64,000 nt of DNA from the NCBI GenBank assembly GCA_026770705.1, contig JANJGN010000150.1, positions 62,001 through 126,000 on the forward strand, read 5' to 3'. Of this stretch, positions 12,070 to 23,369 are shown piece by piece; the first letter of the stretch is position 1; each line of letters opens with the position of its first letter. Both the position numbers and the translations under genes were made by a program. The DNA is from Isurus oxyrinchus (Eukaryota). The notes beneath the pieces are model-generated. The model did no database searches, was not told the origin of the DNA, and saw nothing but the letters and a program-made list of their open reading frames with translations.

Positions 12070-13560
12070 AACTGACAGTGCAGCGTTTCCTCAGTGCTGA
12101 CCCTCCGTCAGTTCAGCGCTCCCTCATTACTGTCCCTCTGACAGTGCTGCACTACCTCATTATTGACCCTTTTCAAGTGCTTCACCCCGTCATCATTGAC
12201 CTTCTGACCGTGCAGGATTCCCTCATGGCTGACAATCTGACAGTGCAACACTCCCTGAATACTGACCCTCTGATACTGTACCCCTCCATCACTAATGACT
12301 TTCCGACAGTTCAGCACTCCCTAGGTACAGACACTCTGACAGGGCAGCATTCCCTCAGTATTCAAACTCCCACTATGCAGCTGTCCCTCAGGATTCTCCC
12401 CCCCACAGTGCAACACTCCCTCAGTACTCTCACTCCCACAGTGCAGCACTCCCTCAGTACTCACCCTCCCACAGTGCAGCACTCCCTCAGTACTCACCCT
12501 CCCACAGTGCAGCACTCCCTCAGTACTCACCCTCCCACAGTGCAGCACATCCTCAGTACTCACCCTCCCACAGTGCTGTGCGAGTTGTTTAAATCAAGAC
12601 TGATGCCCAAAGAGGGAGGTTTCAATGCTAAATCATTGAAATCGGAGAACATTATTTTTAGGCTGAGGGGAACTAGACTTAGTTCCTCAAATCCTTTCTT
12701 TAGCAATAACACACAGTACTAGAATCTCTGTTTAAATAAATTCCAGTTAAACTTTGCCATGAAAGGATATCTTCTCACACTCCTCTCTACCTCAGTAGTA
12801 ACCCTCCCACAGTCCGGCACCCCCTCAATACTGACCCTCTGACTGTGCAAATCTCACTCAGTACAGACCCTCCGACAGTGCAGCACTCCCACATTACTGA
12901 CCCTCTGACAGTGCATCACTCCCTCATTAAGGACCCTCTTCCAGTGCAACACTCCCACATTACTGTCCCTCTGACAGTGCAGCACTGCCACATTACTGAC
13001 CCTCTGACAGTGCAGCACTCCTACATTACTGTCCCTCTGACAGTGCAGCACTCCCTCAGTACTGATCCTCCGACATTGCAGCATTCCTTCACTACTGGCC
13101 CTCTGACAGTGCAGCACTCCCACATTACTGACCCTCTGATAGTGCAGCAGACCCTCAGTACTGACCCCACTAACAGTGCAGCACTCGCTCAGTACTGACC
13201 CTCCCACAGTGCAGCACTCCCTCAGTACTATACTCCTGACAGTGAAGCACTCCCTTATTAATGACCCTCTTCCAGTGCAGAACTCCCACATTACTGACCC
13301 TCTGACAATGCAGCACTCCCACATTACTGACACACTGACAGTGCAGCACTCCCACATTACTGTCCCTCTGACAGTGCAGCACTCCCTCAGTACTGACCCT
13401 CCGACATTGCAGCAATCCTTCACTACTGGCCCTCTGACAGTGCAGCAATCCCACATTACTGACCTTCTGATAGTGCAGCACTCACTCAGTACTGACCCTC
13501 ACACAGTGCAGCACTCCCTCAGTACTATACCCCAGACAGTGCAGCACTCCTTCAGTAATG
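12070..13560 (+). repeat. 33-bp minisatellite, two arrays (12070-12578, 12790-13560)
   Basis: Tandem units. Confidence 0.92.
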
Positions 13561-13779
13561 ATATCAGGGATTGTCAACATGTATCATACGGCCAGAGACC
13601 TGTATTGGGAACTCTATCGCCTGCGCTTCAGCCTCTGAGGTGAGGGGGAGGGGTCTAATCCCACGGAGCCAATGGAGAAGCTTGATGACTACAGCTGCCC
13701 AAATATGAGCTGACAGATCATCACATGGTAAACGTTTTGCTGAGAGCACAAAACATCCTCAATCTTCTCACTGATTACC

Positions 13780-13856
13780 CACTTCCTCATTTTGTCTCAC
13801 AGTGACACATCAGCCCTTTCTAATTAAACACACAGAGGGAGCAGCACAGGAAGAGG
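13780..13856 (+). promoter_or_regulatory. Gene B putative TATA-less promoter with PU.1/Ets sites (acttcctc, caggaag)
   Basis: Both motifs are kept at the paralogous gene D position (42842-42915) although the surrounding upstream sequence diverges. Confidence 0.4.
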
Positions 13857-13920
13857 TCATTCAGCCCAAGCAGAGCGTGTGAGCAGTTTCTCCCCAGGCG
13901 AGCAGTCGGACAGGTCCTGG
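13830..13920 (+). other. Gene B putative non-coding first exon (5' end approximate)
   Basis: Strong donor gtaagt at 13921. Near-identical to 42890-42981 upstream of the gene D leader. Ets motifs nearby. Confidence 0.55.
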
Positions 13921-14370
13921 GTAAGTAACGGAACGATTGGAATTCACTTCCACCACCAACACCGTCCTTTGTTGATGTTGTGACTTTATAAAGACAGATT
14001 CCAATGATTGACGCCTTTGAAAGATTTCTACTGATTATTGAGATCTGGGTGTGAGGCTCAAGTCTGTTGTACAGAACATCTTTCGAGCTCAAGGGATGAG
14101 GGAAGTGCAGAGACATGAGCTTTGGGACATCCTGAGGTGGTGAAAGGTGCTATGGAAATGCAAGTCCTTCATTGTTTTTCCTTCTTAAAGCCTTGTAACT
14201 CTCTGCAGAACACCTATCATCCCACAGAGAATCAAACTATTCTGTGAAGACATTGTCTAAAAGCAGATCTGATCTCTCGAGAGCTGTCGGACAAGAGGTG
14301 AGGTCTCATTAACTCCTTTCTCTTTCAGAACTTCAGAGTTAGAAGCTGAGGAAATATCTGGGAGTGGATA

Positions 14371-14410
14371 ATGATCGGGAAATCTTACTTCCTCCTGTCA
14401 CTTCTCCAAG
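14371..14410 (+). CDS. Gene B leader exon, coding part (MIGKSYFLLSLLQ; exon 14329-14410)
   Basis: ATG at 14371 and phase-1 donor gtaata. Spliced to the V exon it gives the signal peptide MIGKSYFLLSLLQVGLS|QEW. Confidence 0.85.
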
Positions 14411-15272
14411 GTAATATCATCGTCAGCTCAGACAGATTTATGGTGAATAGTCTTTGTAAAAGATCATTCTTATTGAGCTGTGATTGGGAACTGATTCAGC
14501 AGTGAGCCAGTGTACAAACTCACACCAAGTCCCATTCACCCATCACCCCTAAACTATCTGACTCCTGGTCCTACAACATCTCAAACTTAAGATTCACATC
14601 TCTTTGTTCAAATGCATCCATTGCCTCACACTGCCTCCTTATCTCTGTAACCTCCTGCAACTCTCCCAACCAACGTCCCAGATCTCTGTGTTACTCCAAT
14701 TCCGGCCTCTTGACCATCCCCCGATTCCCATCACTCCAATACTGGCGGCCGGGCCTTCAGCTGCCTGGGGCCTGAGCTCTGGAATTCACTCCCTAAACCT
14801 CGGCGATGGAGGAGATCAGAGGGTTTCATTTTACTGAAAACCACCACGACTACATCACAGCTGCAGTGAGAATAGACAGAGAGTCCAGCCCTCGCACTTC
14901 CTGCACAGTTTCACCATAGCAACCATAATAAGGAAGTAAAATAACTGAAAGTTAAACCGAAGACAAACCAGTCAGTTTAGAGAGATGAGATGTTTACACA
15001 GTTTCCCTGTGTGTCTTGTAAACACTGTGTTGGGTGGAAGACTGGCTTCACTAAACAGGGTCCTGAGGACCATGAGCCAATGTAGAATGAAGTTGTCCAC
15101 TCCTGTGTCCAGGATTCTCTTCCATCCATTATGAAACCCCTGGGGAGTTCCATGTGTGTCCTGTAGATGGTCCACACTGCAGCCAATGTGCCCCAGTGAT
15201 GGAGGGGGTGGATATCGAGTCTAGTGGATCTACAAACCATCCAGAGTTAAATATTGATATTTCTCTCCCCAG

Positions 15273-15638
15273 TTGGACTGTCACAAGAGTGGAAAGGTGA
15301 CACTCCACGAGAGGTGACAGCGCAGGAAGGTTCGTGTGTACAGATTCCATGTCATTACAGTTATCCAGCACATTTGGAAAATCAACCACGAGGTGGAGTC
15401 TGGATTAATAATGAGAAACAGATTCCCAGGGCTCCCATAGCCTTTCACTCCAAGGATCACAGTCGCGAGTTACCACGGTTCCGCCATCGGACCCGGCTGT
15501 CTGGAGACCTGAAAGATGGCGACTGTTCCCTGATTATAAACATCAGACGGGAAGATGCAGGACCTTATTTTTTCAGAATAGAATTTGACAATGGTCCGGG
15601 CCATAACTATTACCCTGTAACCCAGCTTCATGTTTCTG
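15273..15638 (+). CDS. Gene B exon: Siglec-type V-set domain
   Basis: ccccag/gtaagt, open frame, essential Arg in YFFRIE. One-codon deletion (IINIRR vs IINNIRR). Confidence 0.88.
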
Positions 15639-16496
15639 GTAAGTGCTGTGTTATAATTACTCAACAATTCACATTCAACACTCAATGGGAATTAACACAA
15701 ACTGTGATGTTTACACATTAACACAAAACACAGCTTATTATAACACACTGTCTGATTCTCAATAACCTGGTGATGGCTTCCAGTTTAGTCCTAAAGCAAC
15801 ATCTAATACTCACTTTAATATCAATGATGAAAAGCATTAACTGTATTATCAGTTTATCCACTCCCATCAATCTCTCCTGTCCTGTTTAAAAGGCTGACGT
15901 ATCGATAAAAGAAAGATGTGCATTTCTGCTGCGCAATTTACCACCTCAGGAGGATCCAAATCCCTTCACAGCCAATGAAATTATTCCTGAATTGTAGTCA
16001 CAGATGTTAAACACAGCAGGCAGTTTGTGCACAGCAAGATCCAACAAACACAATGTAATAAATCACCCAGATCACTGAGGAAATGAGAAGCCAGTGAACT
16101 CAAACCTCTGGTCTGATGAAGAGTCATACGGACTCGAAACGTTAACCCTGTCTTCCTCTCCACTGATACTGTCAGACCTGCTGAGTCTTTCCAGCAATTT
16201 TTGTTTTGGTTTCAGATTTCCAACATCCGCAGTATTCTGCTTTTAACTCCAATCTCTGGTCTGAGCCTCTTCTCTCATCCAGTGTTCTCAATTCACATGT
16301 CTCGGAGTGAACGTGTATTAAGCTGAGAGACAGAAACACTACTGCCAAAGAGCAAGAAAATCTTTCCTGATCATTGTAACCTCTCAGTTCTGATATCATC
16401 CTTGTAAAAGTGCTTTCTCTTGTGGGACTGTGATTTCTATTTGAACTGATGCTTCACGTTATATTTCTCTAAAAGGATCCATTCTCTGTCTGTTAG

Positions 16497-16793
16497 ATTT
16501 CACAGATAAACCCATGATATTCCCTGCTGAAATTATTGCAGGAAAGCGTGTGGTTGTAAGCTGCACCTTCAACACAACGTGCAATGGAACAGCAGCACCT
16601 GTCTTAACCTGGGACACTCCCATTGACGTACCTGGATCAGTCTCAAACACTGTAACTCAGCATGGTGTCACTCTGACCTATACTTCTGTTCTGACCCTGA
16701 TCCCATCACTCAAACACCATGGACACACTCTCAGCTGCAGAGTGAGATACCCATCTGTTTCATCGGAGCGGACCCTCGTACTAACTGTGCAAG
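16497..16793 (+). CDS. Gene B exon: first C2-set domain
   Basis: ttag/gtaatt, 297 nt, near-identical to 5877-6173. Confidence 0.88.
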
Positions 16794-17116
16794 GTAATTA
16801 CATACACCTTTCATTCTACATCAGCACTCCCTCAGCGCAGACCCTCTGACAGTGCAGCCCGTTCTCAGTATCCACATTCTAAGGCCTCTCTAAGTGCTTC
16901 AAAGTCGATAGAAGTTAATTGATCTTTATATGATTATTGCTGAATGAAGAGACAAGCTGTCTAAACTTTACATCTCGCACACACCATTCTCCATGGCAAC
17001 ACCTCCACCTATCAGAGACCACTTGCCAACCAATCAGCACTCTCTTCCCATTAAGTATAAATTGTTGTTCACTTTCTGTTGGTAATCCTGTGAACGGGCT
17101 TCTTGATTCCTGCCAT

Positions 17117-17269
17117 GACATCTGAATGTCCAAATGAACAGAACAAGTTCCAACAATGAGCTGTGGTTGGTGATTCCTCACATTACCTCCAGGGACACTG
17201 GAGACTATCAGTGTGTGGCAGAGAATGAACATGGAGCAGTGGATGGGTTCATAACCATCACTGTGGAAC
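17117..17269 (+). pseudogene. Gene B second C2 exon remnant (3' 153 nt only; acceptor and first ~129 nt replaced)
   Basis: Matches 8732-8884. Upstream 16930-17116 is unrelated sequence, and the B-strand Cys and C-strand Trp are missing. Confidence 0.85.
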
Positions 17270-19709
17270 GTGAGTTACACAGACTTCAACATCTCTCTCA
17301 GATTCGAACACTACACAAACACCATCGAACATACACACCTAAATAGACACGTGCAGACACACATATATGACCACACACAAAGACACACTCACACACAAAC
17401 ACTAACACTCACTCCCTCATGGGTTACCTGACCTCCCTCACTACTGCACTGGAGAGTTAGCCTGAATTCTGGGATTTGTGTTCCCATTCATATTTATGGA
17501 AGAATATGGAAATTACTATTACAGACACTCAGATGCTTAGAGGCTCTCACAGATACTCTCTGCGTCTCCAACTCTCTCTCTCCCTTTAAGAAGCTTCCTG
17601 AAACCTAACCCTTTGACGAATCACCAACCCAACTCCTCCTTATCTGATTCTGTGTGATTTTCTTTGTGTATCTGAGAGTAAGAGAGAGTTGGAGAGGTTT
17701 AGGAAGAGAATTCCTGCTGGTGAAAAGCTTACATAATGTTCTCACTATTTCCGTGCACATAATTCCCAGTATGTCCAAAGCCCCTGTTTATAATGATGAC
17801 TGCCTATGTAAACGTCACGCTGTAGTTACAGCCTCTCACCAGTGGTGGCATTGTAGCCCTTAATCCTTGTGTTTCCCAGCTTTCCCAGCAACTCTACTTC
17901 CCAGTTTGCTACACAAGCTGTGAGTTCTTCGGAATTCAATTATTTCTCAAACGGTAGATTTGATGTCATTTTATTGAAAACTTCCTCAGCGCCTCCCTGA
18001 AGGGTTTACACTCTCTGGGAAGCAGGAATAGGCTGGATGTTGGGGAGTTCATCTTTTCCCAGAGAGTAGTGATCCTCGGGAATGTGCTGTCAGTGGGTGT
18101 GGTGGTTGCTGTTTCTCTGTCACCTTCAAGAGGGATCTGGAGTGGTTACTGACTGGGGGAGAGATCATGGAAGCGGAGAATGATACAGCACAGGAGGAGG
18201 CCATTCAGCCCATTGAGCCTGTGCCAGGTCTTTCAATGTTCTATCCCATCAGATCCACTAACCACCACTACACTTTGCCCCCATCTTCCTCCTTCAAGTG
18301 TTTATCCAATTTCCCTTTTGAAAGTTCTTATTGGATCTGCTTCCACCGCCCTTTCAGGCAGCACCTTCCAGATCACAACAACTCGCTCTGTCAAAACAAA
18401 TTCCCCATCCAGTTCGTCAATCTGTGTCCCTCTGGTTACCGACCCTCATGCCCCTTAAATACATCGATACTGTTCACCTCAACCACTCCCTGTGGGAGCG
18501 AGTTCCACATTCTCCCCTCTCTCTGGGTAAAGATTGGAACTGTTTAGTAAGCGGGGGGTGTAAGTCCGTGGGGGAGTCCATCTCAATCCTGCCCGATTGA
18601 GCCAGTGAGCCAGTGTACAAACTCACACCAAGTCCCATTCACCCATCACCCCTGTGCTTACTGATACACACTGACCTCCTGTCTGACAGCAGAATTGGAG
18701 GAGAGCAGAGATCTCAGAGGTTTTTAGGGTTGGAGGAGGTTACAGTGATAGAGAGTGTAGAGGGGGGATGGTGGGGTAAGAAATCAATGATGAGAATTTG
18801 AAATTTGAGTCATTGCTGGACTGAGAGTTAGTGTAGGTCAGCCAGTGACAGGGCAGCGATCGGCTGAATAGAAAATCAGGGATAAAAACTGGGGGATGAG
18901 GTCTATCCTGATGTGAGGTCTCCGATAGCAATGACCTGAAATTTGTGTCCTTTGCTGCCTTTATTCAAAATCGCCCATGAAGACAACACAGCAGCTCCTA
19001 GAATAGACAGGCTGTTCAGTGTCACACTTCCTGTCCATTCTCACCTTGCTAGATACTTCAATAAGGGAGCAAGATAACTGAAAGAGAGAAGGGAGGCAAA
19101 GCTGTCTGTGTGTAAAACTGTCAAATATTCTGAGTTATCATGATTGTCTCTGACCTGCTGCAGAGTTTAAATTTCACAGAATCTGAGCACTTTGCAGCTC
19201 AGAGAGAGACCATTGACTCACTGCCTGAAAGGGCGGTGGAAGCAGATTCAACAGGAACTTTCAGAAGGGGAACTGGATAAATACTTGAAGGGGACATTTT
19301 GCAGGGCTGTGGAGGAGAGAGCAGAGGTGAGAGTGGGACTAATTGGACAGATCTTTCAAAAGCCCAGCACAGGCTCGATGGGCCAAATGGCTTCCTTTTG
19401 TTCCCGATCATTCTACAATCTGATAAATTAAGACCCACATCAATAACTCTTAAGGCTCCAGCTGCAGGGATGGATCTTTGAGAAGGACAGGGAACAAGAG
19501 GTTTCTGGTATCATTTTCAATTTTATTGACAATTACATAACAGTATAGATTTGTTGAATATTTGAGTGTCTAAAGAGTAGAGGTAATCTGCACTTACGCC
19601 CAGATCTTGTGTTGGTAACCTTGTCTGGAGGTGTCTTTAAATGCTCACAGTGATCTGTGGGATTGTCATTCTTGGATGTTGTCCCTGGTTTCAATTGGCA
19701 TTTTGCCCT

Positions 19710-22520
19710 TGATGCAATTGGGGAGGCTTTAAACTAACATGGCAGGGGATGGGATCCAGAGAGGAGGTTCAGCAGAGGGAGATGCACAGCCAAAATTAGA
19801 AGAGAGAGCAAGTGAACCTGGAAGGCAGAGAAATTATTGGCCAGTTAAGGCACAAGATAGCGTGGCAAAGTTGGATTATATTTACTTTAATGCAAGGAGT
19901 CTGTCGAATAAAGCAGATGAGTTGAGGGCACAAATAACACATGGATGTATGATGTCATTGCTGTCACAGACATGGATTAGAGAGGGGCAGGATTGGCCGC
20001 TCAATATTACAGGATACAGGGTCTTCTGGCAAGACAGGGAAGGAGGTAAAAGAGGAGGGGGTATTGCAAGATTGATCAAGGAATCAGTTATTGCAGTGAG
20101 GAGGGAAGACACCTTAGGGGGCTCCTCAAATGAAGCCATATGGGTAGAACCTAAAAACAAATAAGGAACAATCAGCTTGCTGGGAGTGTTCTACAGGCCC
20201 AATGACACTCAGAGAAATAGAAGTGCAGATACAAAGGCAAAATTCAGAGAAGTATAAAAATAATCGGGTTGTAATGGTGGGGCTTTTCACCTTCCCCAAC
20301 AATAACTGGGTTAGTCATAGTGTGATAGTTTTAGAGGGGGCAGAATTGTTAAAATGCATCCAGGAGAGATTTTTAAGCCAGTACATAGAAAATCCTACAA
20401 GAGAGGGGTCGGTCCTGGAGTAAATTTTAAGGAATGTAACCAGGCAAGTTGTAGACGTATCAGTGGGGGAGCATTGTGCAGATAGTGATCATCATTCCAT
20501 TAGATTCTAGGTTGTTATGGAAAAGAACAAGGATGGGCCAGAAATCTGAGTTCTCAATTGGTGGAAGGCTGATTTTAATAAGATCAAATATGATTTGGCC
20601 AGAGTGGAACTGGGAGCAGCTACCTTTAGGGAAATCTGCGTCAGAGCAATGGGACTCATTCAGGAAGGAAGTGGGGAGAGTACAGGGCCAACATATTCCA
20701 GTAAAGGCAAAGGGTGGGACCAACAAATCCAGGGAATCCTGGATGTCGAGAGATTTACAGGATTGGATAAAGAGAAAAAGGGAGGCTTATGGCAGATACC
20801 AAGGGCTCAAAACAGTGGAAGCCTTAGAAGAGTATAGAATGTGTAGGGGGGACCTTAAAAAGAAAATTAGTAGAGCAAAAAGGGGCCATGAAGAAACATT
20901 AGCAGGAAAAATGAAGGAAAATCCAAAGTTATTTTACAAGTACATTAAGAGTAAGAGGATAACTAGGGAAAGAGTAAGGCCCATTAAGGACCATATTGGT
21001 AGTTTGTGTGTGGAACCGGAAGATGTAGGTAGGGTTCTAAATGAACACTTTGTGTCAGTGTTCACAAGTGAGAGGGGCAATGTGGGTTTGGAAATCAGGC
21101 AGAAGGACTGTGATATAGTTAAAGAAATTAGAATAGAAAGGAACGAGGTTCTAAGTTGTCTGGCAGTCTCAAACGTAGATATATCTGCAGGCCCGGATGA
21201 AATGTATCTCAGGCTGTTGAGTGAGGCAAAGGAGGAGATAGCAGGGGTGCTGGCAATAATTTTCAATACATCTCTGGCCAGAGGAGAGGTACCAGAGGAC
21301 TGGAGGACAGCCAATGTGGTAGCGTTATTCAAGAAGGGAGGAAGGGATAAACCAGGGAACAACAGGTCAGTCAGTCTAACCTCAGTGGTGGGGAAACTAT
21401 TGAAAGCAATTCTGAGGGACAGAATTAATCTACACTTGGAGAGGCAGGGATTAATCAAGGACAGTCAGCATGGTTTTGTTAAAGGGAGGTCATGTCTGAC
21501 CAGTTTGATTGAATTTTTTGAAGAGGTGACCAATTGTGTAGATGAGGGCAATGAATTTGACATAGTCAACTTGGACATCAGCAAGGCTTTTGATAAGGTC
21601 CAGCATGGGAGACTGTAAACGAAAGTAAGAGCACATGGGATCCAAGGGAATTTGGCAAATTGGATCCAGAATTGGCTGAGTGCCAGGAAGTAGAGGGTGA
21701 TGGTCGACGGGTGTTTTTGTGACTGGATGCCTGTGTCCAGTGGGGTTCCACAGGGATCGGTGTTGGGTCCCTTGCTGTTTGTGGTATATATAAACGGTCA
21801 AAACTTGAATGTAGGAAGGTTGATCAGTGACTTCGCGGATGATATGGAAATTGATGGGGTGGTAAATAATGAAGAGGATAGCCTTAGATTACAGGGGGAT
21901 ATAGACGGGCTGGTCAGATGGGCTGATCAGTGCCAAATGGAATTTAACCTGCATAAGTGTGAGGTGATGCACTTGGGCAGGATAAACAAGGCACAGGAAT
22001 AGACAATGAATGGTAGGACCCTGGAAAGTAACAAGGATCAGAGGGACCTTGGTGTGCATGTCCACCGTTCCCTTAAAGTAGTGGGACAGGTGGATAAGGT
22101 GGTTAAGAAGGCATATGGAATACTTGCCTTTATTAGCCGAGAGATAGAATATAAGAGCAGGGAGGTTATGCTGGAACTGTATAGAACACTGGTTAGGCCA
22201 CAGCTAGAATATTGCGTGCAGTTCTGGAACCCACATTATAGGAAGGATGTGATTGCCCTAGAGAGGGTGCAGAGGAGATTTACCAGGATGTTGCATAGAT
22301 TGAATCTGGAACTCACTGCCTGAAAGGGTGGGAGAGGCAGAAACCCTCATAACATTTAAGAAGTATTTGGATGTGCACTTGTGATGCCATCGCATACAAG
22401 GCTTTGGGCCCAGTGCATTAATGGGATTAGAACAATTAGGTACTTGTTTGACCGACGCAGATTCGATGGGCCAAAGGGCCTTTTACTGTGCTGTAGAACC
22501 CTGTGAATCTATGACTCTAT
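19710..22520 (+). mobile_element. CR1 LINE, most of ORF2 (endonuclease + RT), frameshifted
   Basis: YFNARSL, QHGFVKGRSCLT, GVPQGSVLGP, FADD and LEYCVQFW motifs; short tandem tail (ctatgact). Confidence 0.92.
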
Positions 22521-22669
22521 GGGCTGAATTTCCTGCCTGTCGGGGGGGTGGGTCTGAATATTTAAATGAGGCAGGATGATGTCGGGGGTTCCTCCTGATG
22601 TCATCCCGCATCATCATAGTGTCGCTGAGCAGGCCCCACCCCCTGCTCGCCAACGGGAAAATTCAGCCC
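22521..22669. mobile_element. Short MITE with terminal inverted repeats GGGCTGAATTT...AAATTCAGCCC (3' part also at 1-55)
   Basis: Inverted termini; inserted in the CR1 3' tail. Confidence 0.6.
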
Positions 22670-23369
22670 GATGACTCCATGCAACAGGACTGTAAGGTGA
22701 TTGAGGAGCGGGAATGGATCTGATTTCTCCTTGGTTAGGCCTCACCGCTGAGCCTTTGTGTGTAATAACTCCATAGGACCCTGGTCCTGAACAGAAACCT
22801 TGGAGATGAAGTCCCGTCCTTTCACTGAGGATACCCTCCATTGTGTTGTGTGGCACTACCACCATGCTGGATGAGCAGGTTATTGTTGAGTCAATGCCTC
22901 TTAATGTCGATTACACCTTTATCACTTTGCTTATGATGAAGAGTAAATTGATAAGGTAGTGATTGTCCAGGTTGGATTTCTCCTGCTGGATTGGACATAT
23001 CCCTGGGCAGTTTTTCACATTGCAGGTTCAGCAGGCCCTCCCTTTGATGCGCTGTAAAGGACATTGTCCAAGAGCAGGCACAGTGGAGTGCTGAGAGTCA
23101 CAGTCAAAATGTTGTAAGTGATCTCAAAGCCTTGTAAGGACTCTGCCAGCCAACAGCCTGAGATGGACACACATGTGGACAGTACTGACACCTGCCAATG
23201 AGCCCCTCATTTTCTAACCGTGACAGGCTGTCCCCACCATTTCCCACTGCCAAGTTGTTGAAGAATATCCGATCACAAAGATTCCAGTATGATGCCCTGC
23301 CTGTCTTTAGAAATGACTCCCCGGGAGATGCCTTGCTCATCCCAATAAGGTCAAGTTGAATCAGGAGAT

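Noticed and set aside
12400-12575. CACAGTG heptamers suggesting V(D)J recombination signals near multiple V exons
   Set aside because: They are minisatellite variants with no ACAAAAACC nonamer at 12/23 spacing. The V exons are complete, include the G strand and end in splice donors, so this is not a rearranging Ig/TCR locus.
14209-14297. Possible extra 5' UTR exon (ctgcag...gag/gtgagg)
   Set aside because: It would leave only a ~31-nt intron before the leader exon, and the donor is weaker in the gene D paralogue.
20476-21618. 380-aa ORF as a host gene or active LINE
   Set aside because: A CR1 ORF2 segment bounded by stops and frameshifts; not autonomous.
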